From: Carpediemonas membranifera BICM
Taxonomy: Eukaryota; Protista; Fornicata
Assembly (NCBI GenBank): GCA_019828565.1
Contig: JAHDYR010000015.1
Location: 842,986-906,985, forward strand
Length of the DNA: 64,000 bases
Reading direction: 5' to 3'
The position numbers were made by a program, and so were the translations under genes. The notes under the pieces were generated by a model that worked only from the letters and a program-made list of their open reading frames with translations, was not told the DNA's origin and did not search any database. Of the stretch, positions 40,179 to 51,989 are shown in pieces; position 1 is the stretch's first letter; each line of letters starts with the position of its first letter.

Positions 40179-41670
40179 ATGAACAGCGCTAATACCTCGC
40201 CGGAAGATGCTAGAGATACGATTATCTCCGCGTTCCGCGCCTCGATCACCGCAACTGCTTCCATCGCCGGGGACATCCCCTCGTTGCTCTCGCACGCTTA
40301 CTCCAGACACTTCGATGAGCAAGTACCATTGATCCCCAGTGTAGAGAGCACTGCTGCATCAACGAGCGCCGATTCTCTCGATTCCCTCCTCGCCACGCTC
40401 TCAGAGATCCCCCCTCTCAAACCATCCGCGCAAGCCCTCCTCGACCGCGCCCGCTCGATCCTCACCAGCGGCCCCCCGCTGTCCATGAACGTCGAGCTCG
40501 CGGATGGCGAGGACCTCCCACCCTGCCTCTTCACACTCAACCAGGGCGCGGTGTGGGCGTGTCTGGTTGGTGGCTGGGCCAACCCCGACCTCGAGGACAG
40601 GGTGCTGGAGGAGGCTGACGCCCGAAGGTAAGTGCCTCTGGTTCCTCTGCCGCAAGTTCTTCTTCACGCTGAACGTCGCCGAGAAGGACGGCGAGCTATC
40701 ACTACTCTCCGCGAGTAAGATGCTACCACCACCGCATGTACATGGGCCGACTCTTCATGCTCGACACTGACACCACCGCCCTCACCAGGGCCAGGATGCC
40801 CAGGGCCCTCGAGGTCTACAGCAGCGGAATCGCACACATTGCCAGGACGCCCAAGGGCCTGTGGGGCTGGGGAACGACCCGCCTCACCTTCCCCGCCTGC
40901 CCCAAGATCGCCGAGCTCGAGGCGAGCCTGCCCGCCTGGGAGAAGCACAGGATGGCGACTGATGTGTCGAGGAAGGGAGATCAGACGTTCATACTCACCC
41001 CAGTCGGCACTGTCATGGCTGGTGCGACGCCAGCTTCCACCCAGTCGCCGTGCCTACTGGCTTTGTCCCAGATCATATCATGCCTGAACGGAACCGCACC
41101 ATCATCCTATCCATGGGCGATCGGCAGATGATCAGCGGGTGGAATATGTTTGGCCGGCTGGGACTCGGGCACAAGTGTGAGATGACTGGCTTCGTTGACC
41201 TGCCTTTCTGGGTCGACCGGATCATGAATTCTGACCTTTCTCGCTTCAACGTCTTCCTCAGCGGCCGTCAGCTGCTCTTCGCTGGCGAGTTTCCCCATTA
41301 TATCGCCCAGTCGGGCCTGCTGCCTGGGTACAGCATGCACAGCCGTTGCCTCACAGCCACCCCGCTCCGGTTCCCAGAGAGGGTCAAGGGGTTCTGGGGC
41401 AACAATGATCAGATGATCTGGGTCACTGATCGCCGCACTCATCTGTCTAGCAACGACAACCTGATCAGTGTGCCCTTTGAGGCAACGGCATTTGGGAGAA
41501 CTATGGTTCATGGTGATGCTAGTAGTGCGTTCTCATTCCGTGACTCGGCTGGCCAGTGGTTCGGAGTTGAAAGTTATTCCAATGGCGTGGCTGAGCTAGT
41601 CGAGTGTGAGGCCTCCAGATCGTGGCATGACATCATCTCCCTGGATATCGACCCAACCCCTCAATCATAA
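40179..41670 (+). pseudogene. RCC1-like family member with deletions and frameshifts; inverted near-copy of 36133-37510
   Basis: Long blocks identical to the minus-strand copy (ELADGEDLPPCLFTLNQGAVWACL, RARMPRALEVYSSG). Confidence 0.75.
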
Positions 41671-41882
41671 ACTTCGTGAATCGTGACTGAGCTGCCCATA
41701 GAGACCCATAGCGGGAGGGCCGACAGCGAGACTGTCATTGTCCATCCCATGACATCGTAAGAGCCATTCGCTCAGCAGAGAGCTCCTGGCTATGGGCCAA
41801 CTCGTGTATGTGCTGCCTTGGGCTTGTGAATCATCATGTGACAGACTGTGCACTTTATGCTCCACTTCAAATCATCAACTCA

Positions 41883-44135
41883 ATGTCAGCACCTTTAATC
41901 AACTATGTGGTGTATGAAGTGCATACAGAGTATTTAATTGTAGCTACGGATAGCCAGACGGGCATGTTCCGCAAGATCGAGATTTCTAGGGTGAATAATG
42001 GCCGTAAGCGCTCCAATCTGCTCTTCACGGCCGATCCCAAGCAATATAGCTGTGCTGAGCTTGATGCATATCTGAGTTCCGTTGGTATTTCACGCTCTGA
42101 ACTCACCGGCCTCCCAATCTACGGCATCATCGGCGCCTATCGAGCGCTCTTTGGCTATTATCTTCTCGTAGCCACCGAAGCACAAGAAATCGCCCGCTTA
42201 GACGGCCATCCAGTGTACGAACTGCTTGACTACGAGATGTTACCCCTCTTTAAGCTTCCCCGCCTCGCCCTCCTCGCCCGAAGAAACGAAGACCGGTACG
42301 TCGATCTCTTCGACTCCGAAGCCTTCAAGGACTGCTTCTTCTCGCCAGGCTATGAGCTCGCTGCCACTGTCCAGCGTCACGTCGCTTCCATGCCCAGAAA
42401 GAAGTGGACTTCAACACGCTACTCAACCCAAGACCTAATTTCTCATCGATACGTCCACAACAGCTTTCTCCTCCGCCCATTTACTGCATGCCCACGCGAG
42501 TTCCTGACGCCTGTGGTGTGTGGCAGCGTGGAGCAAGCACTCTGGTCGCTCGGCGGCCGGGAGGTGTCGTTCACACTCGTCATGAGGCGATCCAGACACT
42601 ACGCAGGCACACGCTACCTCAAGAGAGGAATTACTGACTCGGGCGAGGTCGCAAATCATGCGGAAACCGAGCAAATTGTCGCCACTGGCCCGGCGTCCAC
42701 TTGGAGAGCAGGCGCGGTCTCCTCTTTCCTCCAGCTCAGAGGCTCGGTACCAGCGTACTGGACTCAAGAAGCAGACGTCCTTGCTATCAAACCGGACATT
42801 GAATGGACCATCTGCGACCCTGCCGTTCAAACTCCGTTGAAGCACTTTGCTATGCTAGAGACAGAATACGGGGGTGAGGTTCATGCACTGAATTTAGTCA
42901 AGACTACGTCCGCACGAGAGCGGTATCTGACTCAGCTTCTCAAATATTCGATAGATTACGTCAATAGTCGAGTAGACCGGAAAAAATCTGGCCAAGATTT
43001 GACTGAATCAGCTCTTCGTCGCACGTCCGGCGTACTCCCTGGCGACGAACTCTCCCCCGTCCCCGTGCCATCCCACACTGTCAAGTACACTGCCCTCGAC
43101 CTTTCATACTTTATCAAGCACCGCAACTCCGAGCTCGAGGCTGTACTGAGGGACATAGCAGAGCCTGACATTCGTCGGACGGGTATGTTTGCGGTCAGGG
43201 TTGGGTTGGAAGAGCTTGAGATTTGCTGCGAACAGCGCGGGATTCTTCGACAGAACTGCGTCGACTGTCTCGATCGAACGAACGTCGCGCAGACTTTTAT
43301 AGGTCTAGTAGCGTTTGAACGCCAGCTCCAGATCTGTGGGGTTCCAGTCGGCCGTATCAGTCCTTCTTCAGCCCTCGGCGAGGCTGTGATGGCAATGTAT
43401 GCTCGGGCGGGGGACCGGATAGCCGTCCAGTATGCCGGTAGCACCGCACACAGAGGGAAGTTGACGGAGAACAGCGGCCATGCTCGGGGTACGACGCTTA
43501 TTACGTCAGTGCGTCGGTACTACAAGAACGCGTTCTCCGACCACGATAAGCAGCAGTCAATCAACTTGTTCCACGGCAAATTCGTGCCCTCCGCGTCTAG
43601 TGCTACGAATATATGGGACGTTGACGACGATACGGTGCTCCATTTCTCCACCAGGGCTGGCGTGCTACCCATGGAACCACCGCAGCCTGAGCTACACCCG
43701 GTGAAGAGCTCACGAGGGTGGTTCGAGGCAGTACACAGCACGGGTGCCAACGCAGGTATCGGAACTAAGCCCGAGCCCGCCGACCTCCCTCTCGAGCCCG
43801 AGCCGTGCCCCATGAGAGTCCCCAGACCAAGTGCAACGGTCCATGATGATGCCATGGTCGGCCTCTCAGCCAAACTCACCGAGCTGGGCGATTATTTGTC
43901 TGTCCCAGCCATCGTGGCCAGACACATCCCGTTCAGCAGGCTGAAGGTGCTTGAGGAGCAGGTACCGAGAGCCATGGAGCCGGGGCTGTGCCACGATATC
44001 ATGGGGACGTACCATAAGGCGCTGGCATGCGGGGCAGGTGTGTTGGAGCGGAGTGCGGCCGAGCTGGGGCTGTGCGGCTGGGACAATGTTGTTAATGGGT
44101 CGCCCGACTGGTTGAGGGAGGGGAAGGAGGAGTAA
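41883..44135 (+). CDS. FIG4: SAC-domain polyphosphoinositide phosphatase, FIG4-like
   Basis: RRSRHYAGTRYLKRG, VANHAETEQIV, RGSVPAYWTQE, catalytic NCVDCLDRTN, RYYKNAFSDHDKQ. Confidence 0.88.
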   Translation: MSAPLINYVVYEVHTEYLIVATDSQTGMFRKIEISRVNNGRKRSNLLFTADPKQYSCAELDAYLSSVGISRSELTGLPIYGIIGAYRALFGYYLLVATEAQEIARLDGHPVYELLDYEMLPLFKLPRLALLARRNEDRYVDLFDSEAFKDCFFSPGYELAATVQRHVASMPRKKWTSTRYSTQDLISHRYVHNSFLLRPFTACPREFLTPVVCGSVEQALWSLGGREVSFTLVMRRSRHYAGTRYLKRGITDSGEVANHAETEQIVATGPASTWRAGAVSSFLQLRGSVPAYWTQEADVLAIKPDIEWTICDPAVQTPLKHFAMLETEYGGEVHALNLVKTTSARERYLTQLLKYSIDYVNSRVDRKKSGQDLTESALRRTSGVLPGDELSPVPVPSHTVKYTALDLSYFIKHRNSELEAVLRDIAEPDIRRTGMFAVRVGLEELEICCEQRGILRQNCVDCLDRTNVAQTFIGLVAFERQLQICGVPVGRISPSSALGEAVMAMYARAGDRIAVQYAGSTAHRGKLTENSGHARGTTLITSVRRYYKNAFSDHDKQQSINLFHGKFVPSASSATNIWDVDDDTVLHFSTRAGVLPMEPPQPELHPVKSSRGWFEAVHSTGANAGIGTKPEPADLPLEPEPCPMRVPRPSATVHDDAMVGLSAKLTELGDYLSVPAIVARHIPFSRLKVLEEQVPRAMEPGLCHDIMGTYHKALACGAGVLERSAAELGLCGWDNVVNGSPDWLREGKEE

Positions 44136-44326
44136 AAAGAAAGCGGGTCTCAGTGTGGGGTTTGTTTTACAAATATTACATGGTGTCATGTATAGTAGAG
44201 AGGACTGTAATGGCATCGACAGTGATGCCGTGACCAAGTGGAATGTTGTCTGATTTCGAAGGGGGTAAGTGAAGGCTAGGTTTAATATAATTGCTGTGAC
44301 TGAAAGCCTCTACCGTACGGTTGAGC

Positions 44327-44717
44327 TTACTCCTGCTCCTCGGTCTCCTCATCAACAGAGTAGTAACGGAGCTGGTAGGAGTTCTTGGCGTTGGCCACGA
44401 TGCGGAGGTAGTCGCGGAGATCGTTCTTCTTAAGGAACTTGGCAGCGAGGTACTTGAGGTAGCGCTTGGCGAAAGCGTTCTTGGAAACGATGATGACTGA
44501 GTACTTCTCCATCTTGATCGTCACGTCGTCACCGAGCTGGCCGGCCTTGCCGTTCTTGCCAACCTTGAAGTGCTCAATGAGGTACTGGTGGAAGTCAGAG
44601 ATCTCGAAGATCTCGTCACGGATGGGCTGCATGCAGTCAACAACGAACTTGGTGGCCTTGGACTGAATAAGAGCGTCATAAGACACGCTTCACAGCTGAT
44701 TTCTGTGCATTTGCCAT
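44327..44717 (-). CDS. RPL22: 60S ribosomal protein L22 (eL22); 31-nt intron 44663-44693
   Basis: KFVVDC, GKAGQLG, KRYLKYLAAKFLKKNDLRDYLRIVA, YQLRYY. Confidence 0.97.
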
Positions 44718-45194
44718 TATCTGCGCTGTCACGAGCATCCAAATGAGGAATTCTCTCAGATTCTCAATCGAGGAATGTCGTGAGAAGCAAGAGCGTTCGG
44801 AAACGAAAGATATGGACAAAAAGCAAACGAATCACCGTAGCGAATGCGCACAACTACATACCATAAGTGCTAATCGCGGTGCTGTCGGGAACTCGTGCAA
44901 TAGGGTTTTGACAAAAATGGCCGAAACTGGAATAATGCAATGCTGGCTCAATGGGTTTAACAAAGGTAGCGCGCACAATCTAAACTACTTCAACGCTCTT
45001 CCCTTCACATTCTTCATTCACGGATCACTGACCCTCCAACAAGGCCCAGTCGCACCAGCATGATTCTTGTTAAGTCAGCAGTCAACATATTAGGCCCTTC
45101 TACCTCTAAGGCTAGTCTGATTGATTCACAGAATCTAGAAATATTGAATGGGATCATTCAACGCTGGTCGTCGGATTCTCGCAGCACGAAGAGA

Positions 45195-48100
45195 ATGAAG
45201 TTGAGCTTCCTCGCCTTGTTTCTGTCCTTCTTCGTTGCTTGTACGTTCGCCCAGCAGACGTATGATCCTGCTGTGAACGCCATTAACGTGGACCACATCT
45301 CCAGCGCCGTTGAGAAGGTTCTCACCTTCTTTGGCTCCCATGTTGATCCTTCCGACGTTTGTAACCATCCTATGGCACTCTGTTGATGCTATCATGCTCA
45401 AATCTCCATCACACAGATCAAGACTTGCGTTGGCGACCTCAACGATGTCTACAACGAGTTCAACACATTCTCCGAGACCTGGCAGGCCAAGGACTACCCC
45501 ACAGCCGTCACTGACCTTGCTGAAGTGTTTTCCGGCCTCTCAACCGCCATATCCGGCTGTCACCTCTCTGAAGTTGACGAGATCTTCTCCCTAGTCTCTG
45601 CAGTTCTCAAGACCGCCTCTGTCGACGCCAAGGAGGGCGTCCACCTCTACATAGCCGGCAAGGACGCATACGAGGTAATCCTGAAGCTCGAGCAGGACTG
45701 GAGAAGCGAAGATGTAGCCGCTTTCGCCGCGGACTTCTCCACTCTCACGGGGTTCCTCCTCCAAATGGTCGAGTGTACCAACAAGACGTGCCAGCAGGCT
45801 CAAACTGTTCTCAAGACCCTCAACAAGATAGTCCAAGAAACTGCTGCCACTGAGGCCGAAGTTGAGGCTTGTCTTGCAGACGGGGTGACTATCTACAAGC
45901 AGTTCGAGACATTCTCAGCCTCCTGGAAGAAGCAGGACTATGTGAACGCCGCCAAGGACCTCGCCACCGCCTTCGATGAAATCGCCACTGGCATCTCCGA
46001 CTGCGATCTGGGCGATCTCGACCAGGTCTTCACCCAGTTCGCCGCTCTCCTCAAGACTGCCTCTGTTGACGTGAACAAGGGCGTCGAGCTCTACATTGAC
46101 GGCCAGAACATCGCCCATACCCTCGAGGACCTCTACAATGACTGGGAGGCAACGAATGTCGACGCGATAGCCCAGGACGTCGCCAATCTTGTCGGATACC
46201 TCCTGCCCCTCATCAAGTGCTCCTCTACCGCCTGCCAGACCGCCGCTGGTGTCCTCCGCGTGCTCGACTTTGTCGCTAAGGACCTCACCCCATGCGTTGG
46301 CGACATCGAGAAGGCCGGCACCCAGCTCCACAACGCCGCTGCCCTCTGGGACCGCTCCCAGTACCAGGAGGCCGTCTCCGCGTTCGGCACGGGCCTCCGT
46401 ACCCTCGGCAATGCTGCCCACGACTGCGGTTTCATCGATCTGTCCAAGCTCATCGTCACTGAGGCCCAGCAGATCTTTGGCGCTGATATTAGTGTGCTAA
46501 GCAGAGATGTCAAGGTTGTTGTGGATGATGTCGATATCGCAGACCATATCTACGATGCTGTCAAGGCCCTTGACGGTCACGATTACGTCAAGTTCGGCAC
46601 GCTCTGCGGTACTATCGTTGCTGAGCTCCGTGCCTCTTCTTGCACTTCCGAGGCTTGCATCGTCATCGAGGGTATCCTCGAGGGCGCCAACATCTTCTTC
46701 CCCGACCTCTCAAAGTGCTCTAAGGACCTCGAGGACGGCTACGACGACATCAAGACCGGCTTCACCACCATCACTGGCGGCCACATCACCACTGGCATCC
46801 AGGACGTCGCCACTGGCCTCGACAAGCTCGGTGCTGCCGTCCAGGACTGCGAGCTGCCCGAGCTCGCCCAGCTGATCCAGACCGAGGCGTCCCACCTCAC
46901 CAAGGCCGACGTCTCTGGCATCGGCAAGTACGCCAAGATCATTGTCAAGGGCGTCGACATCTACGACGATGTCTACAAGGCCTCTGAGGACCTCGCCAAC
47001 CACGACTTCGCCGGTGCCGGTCTGGCTATCGGTGACTTCCTCTCCCAGATCCGCGGCGCCTCCTGCACGTCCGAGGGCTGCCAGCTCGTCGTCGGCCTCC
47101 TCCAGGCCCTCAACATCGTCCTGCCCGACCTCGAGACGTGCGAGTCTGACTTTGACTCCGCATTCAACGCCTTTGAGGACGGTATCGCCTCTGCCAAGGC
47201 CGGCCACTGGTCCCGCACCATCGATGACTTCGGCAACGGCCTCCATGAGATCTCCCAGGGCGTCTCTGCCTGCCACCTGACCCAGCTCGCCGAGCTCTTC
47301 GACCAGGAGGCCTCTCACATCAAGGGCTCCAAGGTCTCCGAGGCTGAGGGCGTGATCAAGATCCTCGTTGGCGGCCTCGACCTCTTTGACGACATCGACG
47401 ACGCCTACAAGTCGTACGAGAAGGGCGACATCACTGACATGGGCAAGAACATCGGCAACGTCGTCTCTGCTCTCCGTTCCATCGGCTGCACCTCCCGCGG
47501 CTGCAAGTTCGCTGAGGGAATCCTCTCTGCAGTCGGCGAGGCCATCGTTGACTTCGCCCCCTGCGCCTCGACCCTCGAGCAGGCCATGACCGCGTTCGAG
47601 CAGGGCGTCAAGTACATCGAGGAAGAGAAGTGGGATGCCGCTCTCAAGAGCTTCAACCTCGGCCTCGAGGACGTCGCCTCCGCCACCAAGACCTGCCTCA
47701 TCCCCCACCTCGAGGACGACCTCAACAACTTCGCCAAGCTCTTCAAGCTCGGCAAGACTGAGGGCGTCTCCGGTGACCTCAAGCTCCTCGTCGCTGGCAT
47801 CAACATCTTCGAGGACCTCCAGTCAGCCGCCGCGAACTTCAAGAACGGCGACTACGCCGCCTTCGGCCAGACTCTCGGCTCGATCATGAGTGTCATTAAG
47901 TCCGACCTCGACACGAACTGTGACAACGACGAGTGGTGCCTCCTCCTCCAGGGCGCCGTCCAGGGCCTCAACCTCATCCTGCCCAACGTCCACCAGTGCA
48001 AGCACGACGGCCAGACCGTCTGGAATGACCTCGTTGAGGCCTACGACGCGCACAAGTCACATAACTATAAGGACGCCGTCAAGGACATCGCCCACGCCAT

Positions 48101-48338
48101 GGATGAGTTCAAGGCGCTCGTCGGCGACTGCCAGCTCGAGGAGCTCGCCGATCTTATCCTGCAGCTCGTCGGTGACCTTACTGGCGCCTCCGTGAGCTGG
48201 TGGGAGAAGCTGGTGAAGATCGTGATCCACGGCATCGACATTGCTGATGACGTCATCGACCTCGTCGAGGATGTCGAGAGCAGCAACGTTTTTGGAAGTG
48301 GCATCGACATCGCTAAGCTCATCAAAATTCTTCTATAA
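45195..48338 (+). CDS. Secreted 1027-aa protein of seven ~140-aa Cys-containing helical repeats; 60-nt intron 45357-45416
   Basis: Signal peptide MKLSFLALFLSFFVACTFA; phase-0 GT-AG intron; repeating CxxD..CxL..GxD..CxxxxC pattern; strong C-ending codon bias. Confidence 0.85.
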
Positions 48339-48418
48339 ATCTTTTGATCGGTTTATCGCTGAGACGTTTCGTGCAATGATTTCTGATGGAGATGGCGTGT
48401 GCTTCACAATAACATCTC

Positions 48419-48832
48419 GTGCGCTCACACTCGTTTGACGTGCGGGTGACCCACACTGGCCAATTCGGGTCCCCACGCCCCATAAATACCCCCACATGCT
48501 TTAATGATGACTTCATTTCTCAGCCCGGCAGTCAGCCCACCGTAGTGGACTTCAAGATCACTAACCACCGTTCTTCGGCTTACTCTGTCAAAACAACGCA
48601 CAACAGAGACTACTCGGCGACCGTAATTCCCGCAATCTCCTCCGTCCTCGGCGCCACCAGCGTCACCCCGACCCACCACGCCCAGATCCCGCGTCCCTGC
48701 TGGATCGACTCCCTCGCCCACGTGTGCGGCCTCTCTGAGGACGCCACCAAGGCTCTCCACCGTGCTGTTGCCCTCGCTCACTGGAACGGCAACGATGCCA
48801 TCTGGGGCTCCGTCCCCTTCTCCCGCTCCTAA
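48419..48832 (+). mobile_element. Possible 3' fragment of an RLE-type (CRE/NeSL-like) non-LTR retrotransposon
   Basis: FDVRVTH..K..Y..PAISSVLGA..AVALAHWNGN resembles an RLE C-terminus; no ATG start. Confidence 0.35.
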
Positions 48833-51800
48833 CTCCCCTTCCTGACTCCAAACCGTGACCGACTTTTCCTCTCCACCCGCCACTGACTACCAGCAGCCTT
48901 TGGCTGCCTCGCTGGCTCTGCCAGCTCGAGTTCTTCGTTTCTGGCCGGGACCCACGCGCCCTCTCCTCGCCACGCTCGACGTAGTACGAGTTTAAAGAGG
49001 GTCAGACATCGGCCAAACCTGGGGATTGGGCAGGGAAATTGATCCGCTCAAATTTTTCCCCTCCGAATTGGTCCACCTGGCCGGGCGTCGTCCGACCGCC
49101 GGGGCGCCCAGGTGGGGTCGTAGGACCCGCACAACCGGGGGGCGGGATCGCATGATGGGAGCGCCGGGCCGCGGACGCCCGTGTCCGGAGCCGTACGGCA
49201 TATTCGATCATAGTATAAACCGAACTCCCTCCTGGCGCCACTGTGTCGGAACTATTTAATAAGGTAAACCTGCTTGGTGGTAATAATGGCCACAACTATT
49301 CTGGAGCCCCACGACACACTACCTCTCCCCCGGGATAGTGGCCCACCGCAGTCTATGGTCTCGGGCGTACTGCTGCGCGAGCTCTACGTAGCGCAGGTTC
49401 AGCCAGGGCTCACAGGTTGGGGTGGCGTAGTCCAGCCACTTGACCTGGAGGGTCTTCTTCTTGCTGTCGTTGTCGCAATACCGTATTAATATTTATATAT
49501 TTTATGGGTGTCGTCTTGGTCCTACTTGGTCCGAGACGACACCAGTGTGTCGAAATAAATTAGCGCATCGTTACAACAGTGAATTCACTAGTGGCTACAT
49601 GTTCGGTAATATTTCTCTGCCGACTCTGAGCGTTGAGACATTGACTAGCGAAACCTGGCGCTCATTTAAGAGGGATGCCGCCCGAATCAAGGCGTTGTAT
49701 CCCGCCGCCAAGCTGGCTGTCCTCCTCCCCAATGACCTGCAGGACATCATCGAGGACACTCTCAACGTAGACCTGGCGAAGGCAAATGACGACAAGATTG
49801 ACGAATACGTCAGCAAGTTCCTTGCTCCGGTGGACAAATTGTCCCTTGTCAAAGAGCTCGAGGCCGTCACCTGCCAGGTATCTGAAAAAGAATCACCTCC
49901 ATTCGCGCGTACGTCAGCGCGTTCTCAGCAGTTTTCTCTAAGGCCGAAGACATCGAAGAGTCCGACTCGGACGAGGACGAAGAGGAACAAGAAGAGGACG
50001 AAGAAGACATTTCCCCCTTTGAGAAGAACGCACGTAAGATCTTCCTTCAGGGGATCCGCCCATCCACTTTCCGCAAGGTCCTGGACTTTGAACTCAAGGA
50101 GCATCCTAAGAGGAAGTCACTTGCCGATGCATACGAGCTGAGCATTGCCCTCGCTCAAGAAGATGACGACGCTCGGGCTAAGGCCATTCGCTTTGGTCAC
50201 TACCAGGCCGGAAAGTCCTCCACCCGAAAGAAAGGAACGGCCGCAGGAGGCCAACCGCCTCGCCTCCCGGTCCCGGGCGCAGTTGCCTCAGGGGCCCCGG
50301 AGAAGTCTTCCACTCTCAAGCCGAACGACGTCAACCCAGCTTTGAAGCCTCCCCATCGTGCCTGTGGCAAGTGCGGCGGATGGCATTGGGATAATCAGTG
50401 CCCCAATGGGGCCCCAATGCGCTCTCGCCAAGAAGGAGGCGGCCTCCGGTCCAACCCGAAGAAGAAGGAGCCAATCGAGGCTAATCTCCTGGACACGGAC
50501 CCCGATGAGCCACTCAAAGTGTCTGGTCGTATAAACGACCAAGAGTATTCCTTTATTATTGACACTGGAGCACCAAAATCTATCATCTCCGCTGCGTCAG
50601 CAGAGGCCCTTGGCCTACAGACAGTGACCGGCCCGACCCTCCGCTTCAGAATGGCGAACGGTTCCATTTCGACAACTAACCACTATACTGAGGCTTGGTT
50701 ACACCTCACGCTGGCGGGAGCCCCAACGCGGTTTAAGGCGAAGTTCGCAATCCTCAGTGGGGACCGCGAGAAAATCCTTATTGGCACCGACATTCTTCGT
50801 GTACTCGGGCTTCTTACGAAGGATTCCTTATTCCTCCAGCTCGTAGCCGAAAATCTGAGCAAGGAGGACGGGGACGACATTCCGCTGAGTTTGAACCAGT
50901 TAGACGTCTCGGAGGACGTTGGTGCTGTTGAAATTCCCGAATCCGCGAGCGCCACGCTCCGAAGCGAGGTACGAGCGCTACTTGCTGAGTATTCCACGTT
51001 GTTCGGCCCCATTCCGGCTCAAGGAGCCAAGGTTGAACCTATGCGAATCCGATTGAATGACCCGGACGCCCTGGTCCAGGAACGAGCCCGGAGACTATCA
51101 GGGGAACGACGCCTTCAGGTGCGGGAAGAAGTAACCCGCCTACGCCACCTTGGCATCACCAGGAACAGCGTCGGACCGTTCTCCTCCCCCGATCGTGGTA
51201 GTGGATAAGAAGAACGGCGCCATACGCCTCTGTGTGGACTACACAAAGCTCAACATTCTCACCATTCGTGACCATTTTCCCCTTCCCGACTTGAAAACCT
51301 TCGTGCAGGGAGGCGGCGGGGGCTCAATTCTTCGCCAGCTTGGACTTGACGTCCGGGTACCATCAGATGCCCCTCCACGAGGAAGACAGAGCTATGACGG
51401 CGTTTGTAACACCTGACGACTACGAGGAGTTCAACCGAGTCCCATTCGGGCTGACTAACGCTCCGAGTTATTTCCAGCGTACCATGCAATCCATCCTCGC
51501 CCCGGTACTCCACCGGGGGGTGCTGGTCTATATTGACGACATCTTAATCTACGCCCAATCTGAGGGAGGAACTTATAGCACGCTTAGAGCAAACCTTCCA
51601 GTTGCTGACAAAGTATGACCTTCGGCTTAGCCCGGCAAAATGTGTGATCGGCGCGGAGGAGTTAGACATCGTGGGCTTCCACCTTTCCCGCGAGGGGAAG
51701 AGCATCGACAAGCGACGGATTGAAGCACTCACGTCGATAGAGGCTCCGAGCAATGTTTCAGGGGTCAGAACACTCTTAGGGATGTTTAATTACGTGATCG

Positions 51801-51935
51801 ACTTCATCCCAGCCGCGGCGGACCTTGTGGACCCCCTCTATGAGCTGATCAGGAACGCCGGTGAGCCATTCGTATGGGGACCACGCCAAGAGGAAGCCCT
51901 CGTGGCCCTGAGAGAGGCGGTAGCCCAAGAGACCG

Positions 51936-51948
51936 TCCTGGCTCAGCC
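51936..51948 (+). repeat. TSD of LINE A (left copy; right copy 58870-58882)
   Basis: TCCTGGCTCAGCC duplicated; removing the insert restores gypsy QETVLAQP-DPSLPWDVYTDAS. Confidence 0.92.
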
Positions 51949-51989
51949 CAGTTCACCAATGATTTCAGCAAAGTGGAAACACTTCGATC

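Noticed and set aside
46710-47708. Long antisense ORFs (also 842-1288, 25625-26491, 60393-62313, 62673-63575)
   Set aside because: Shadows of codon bias in the real genes on the opposite strand.
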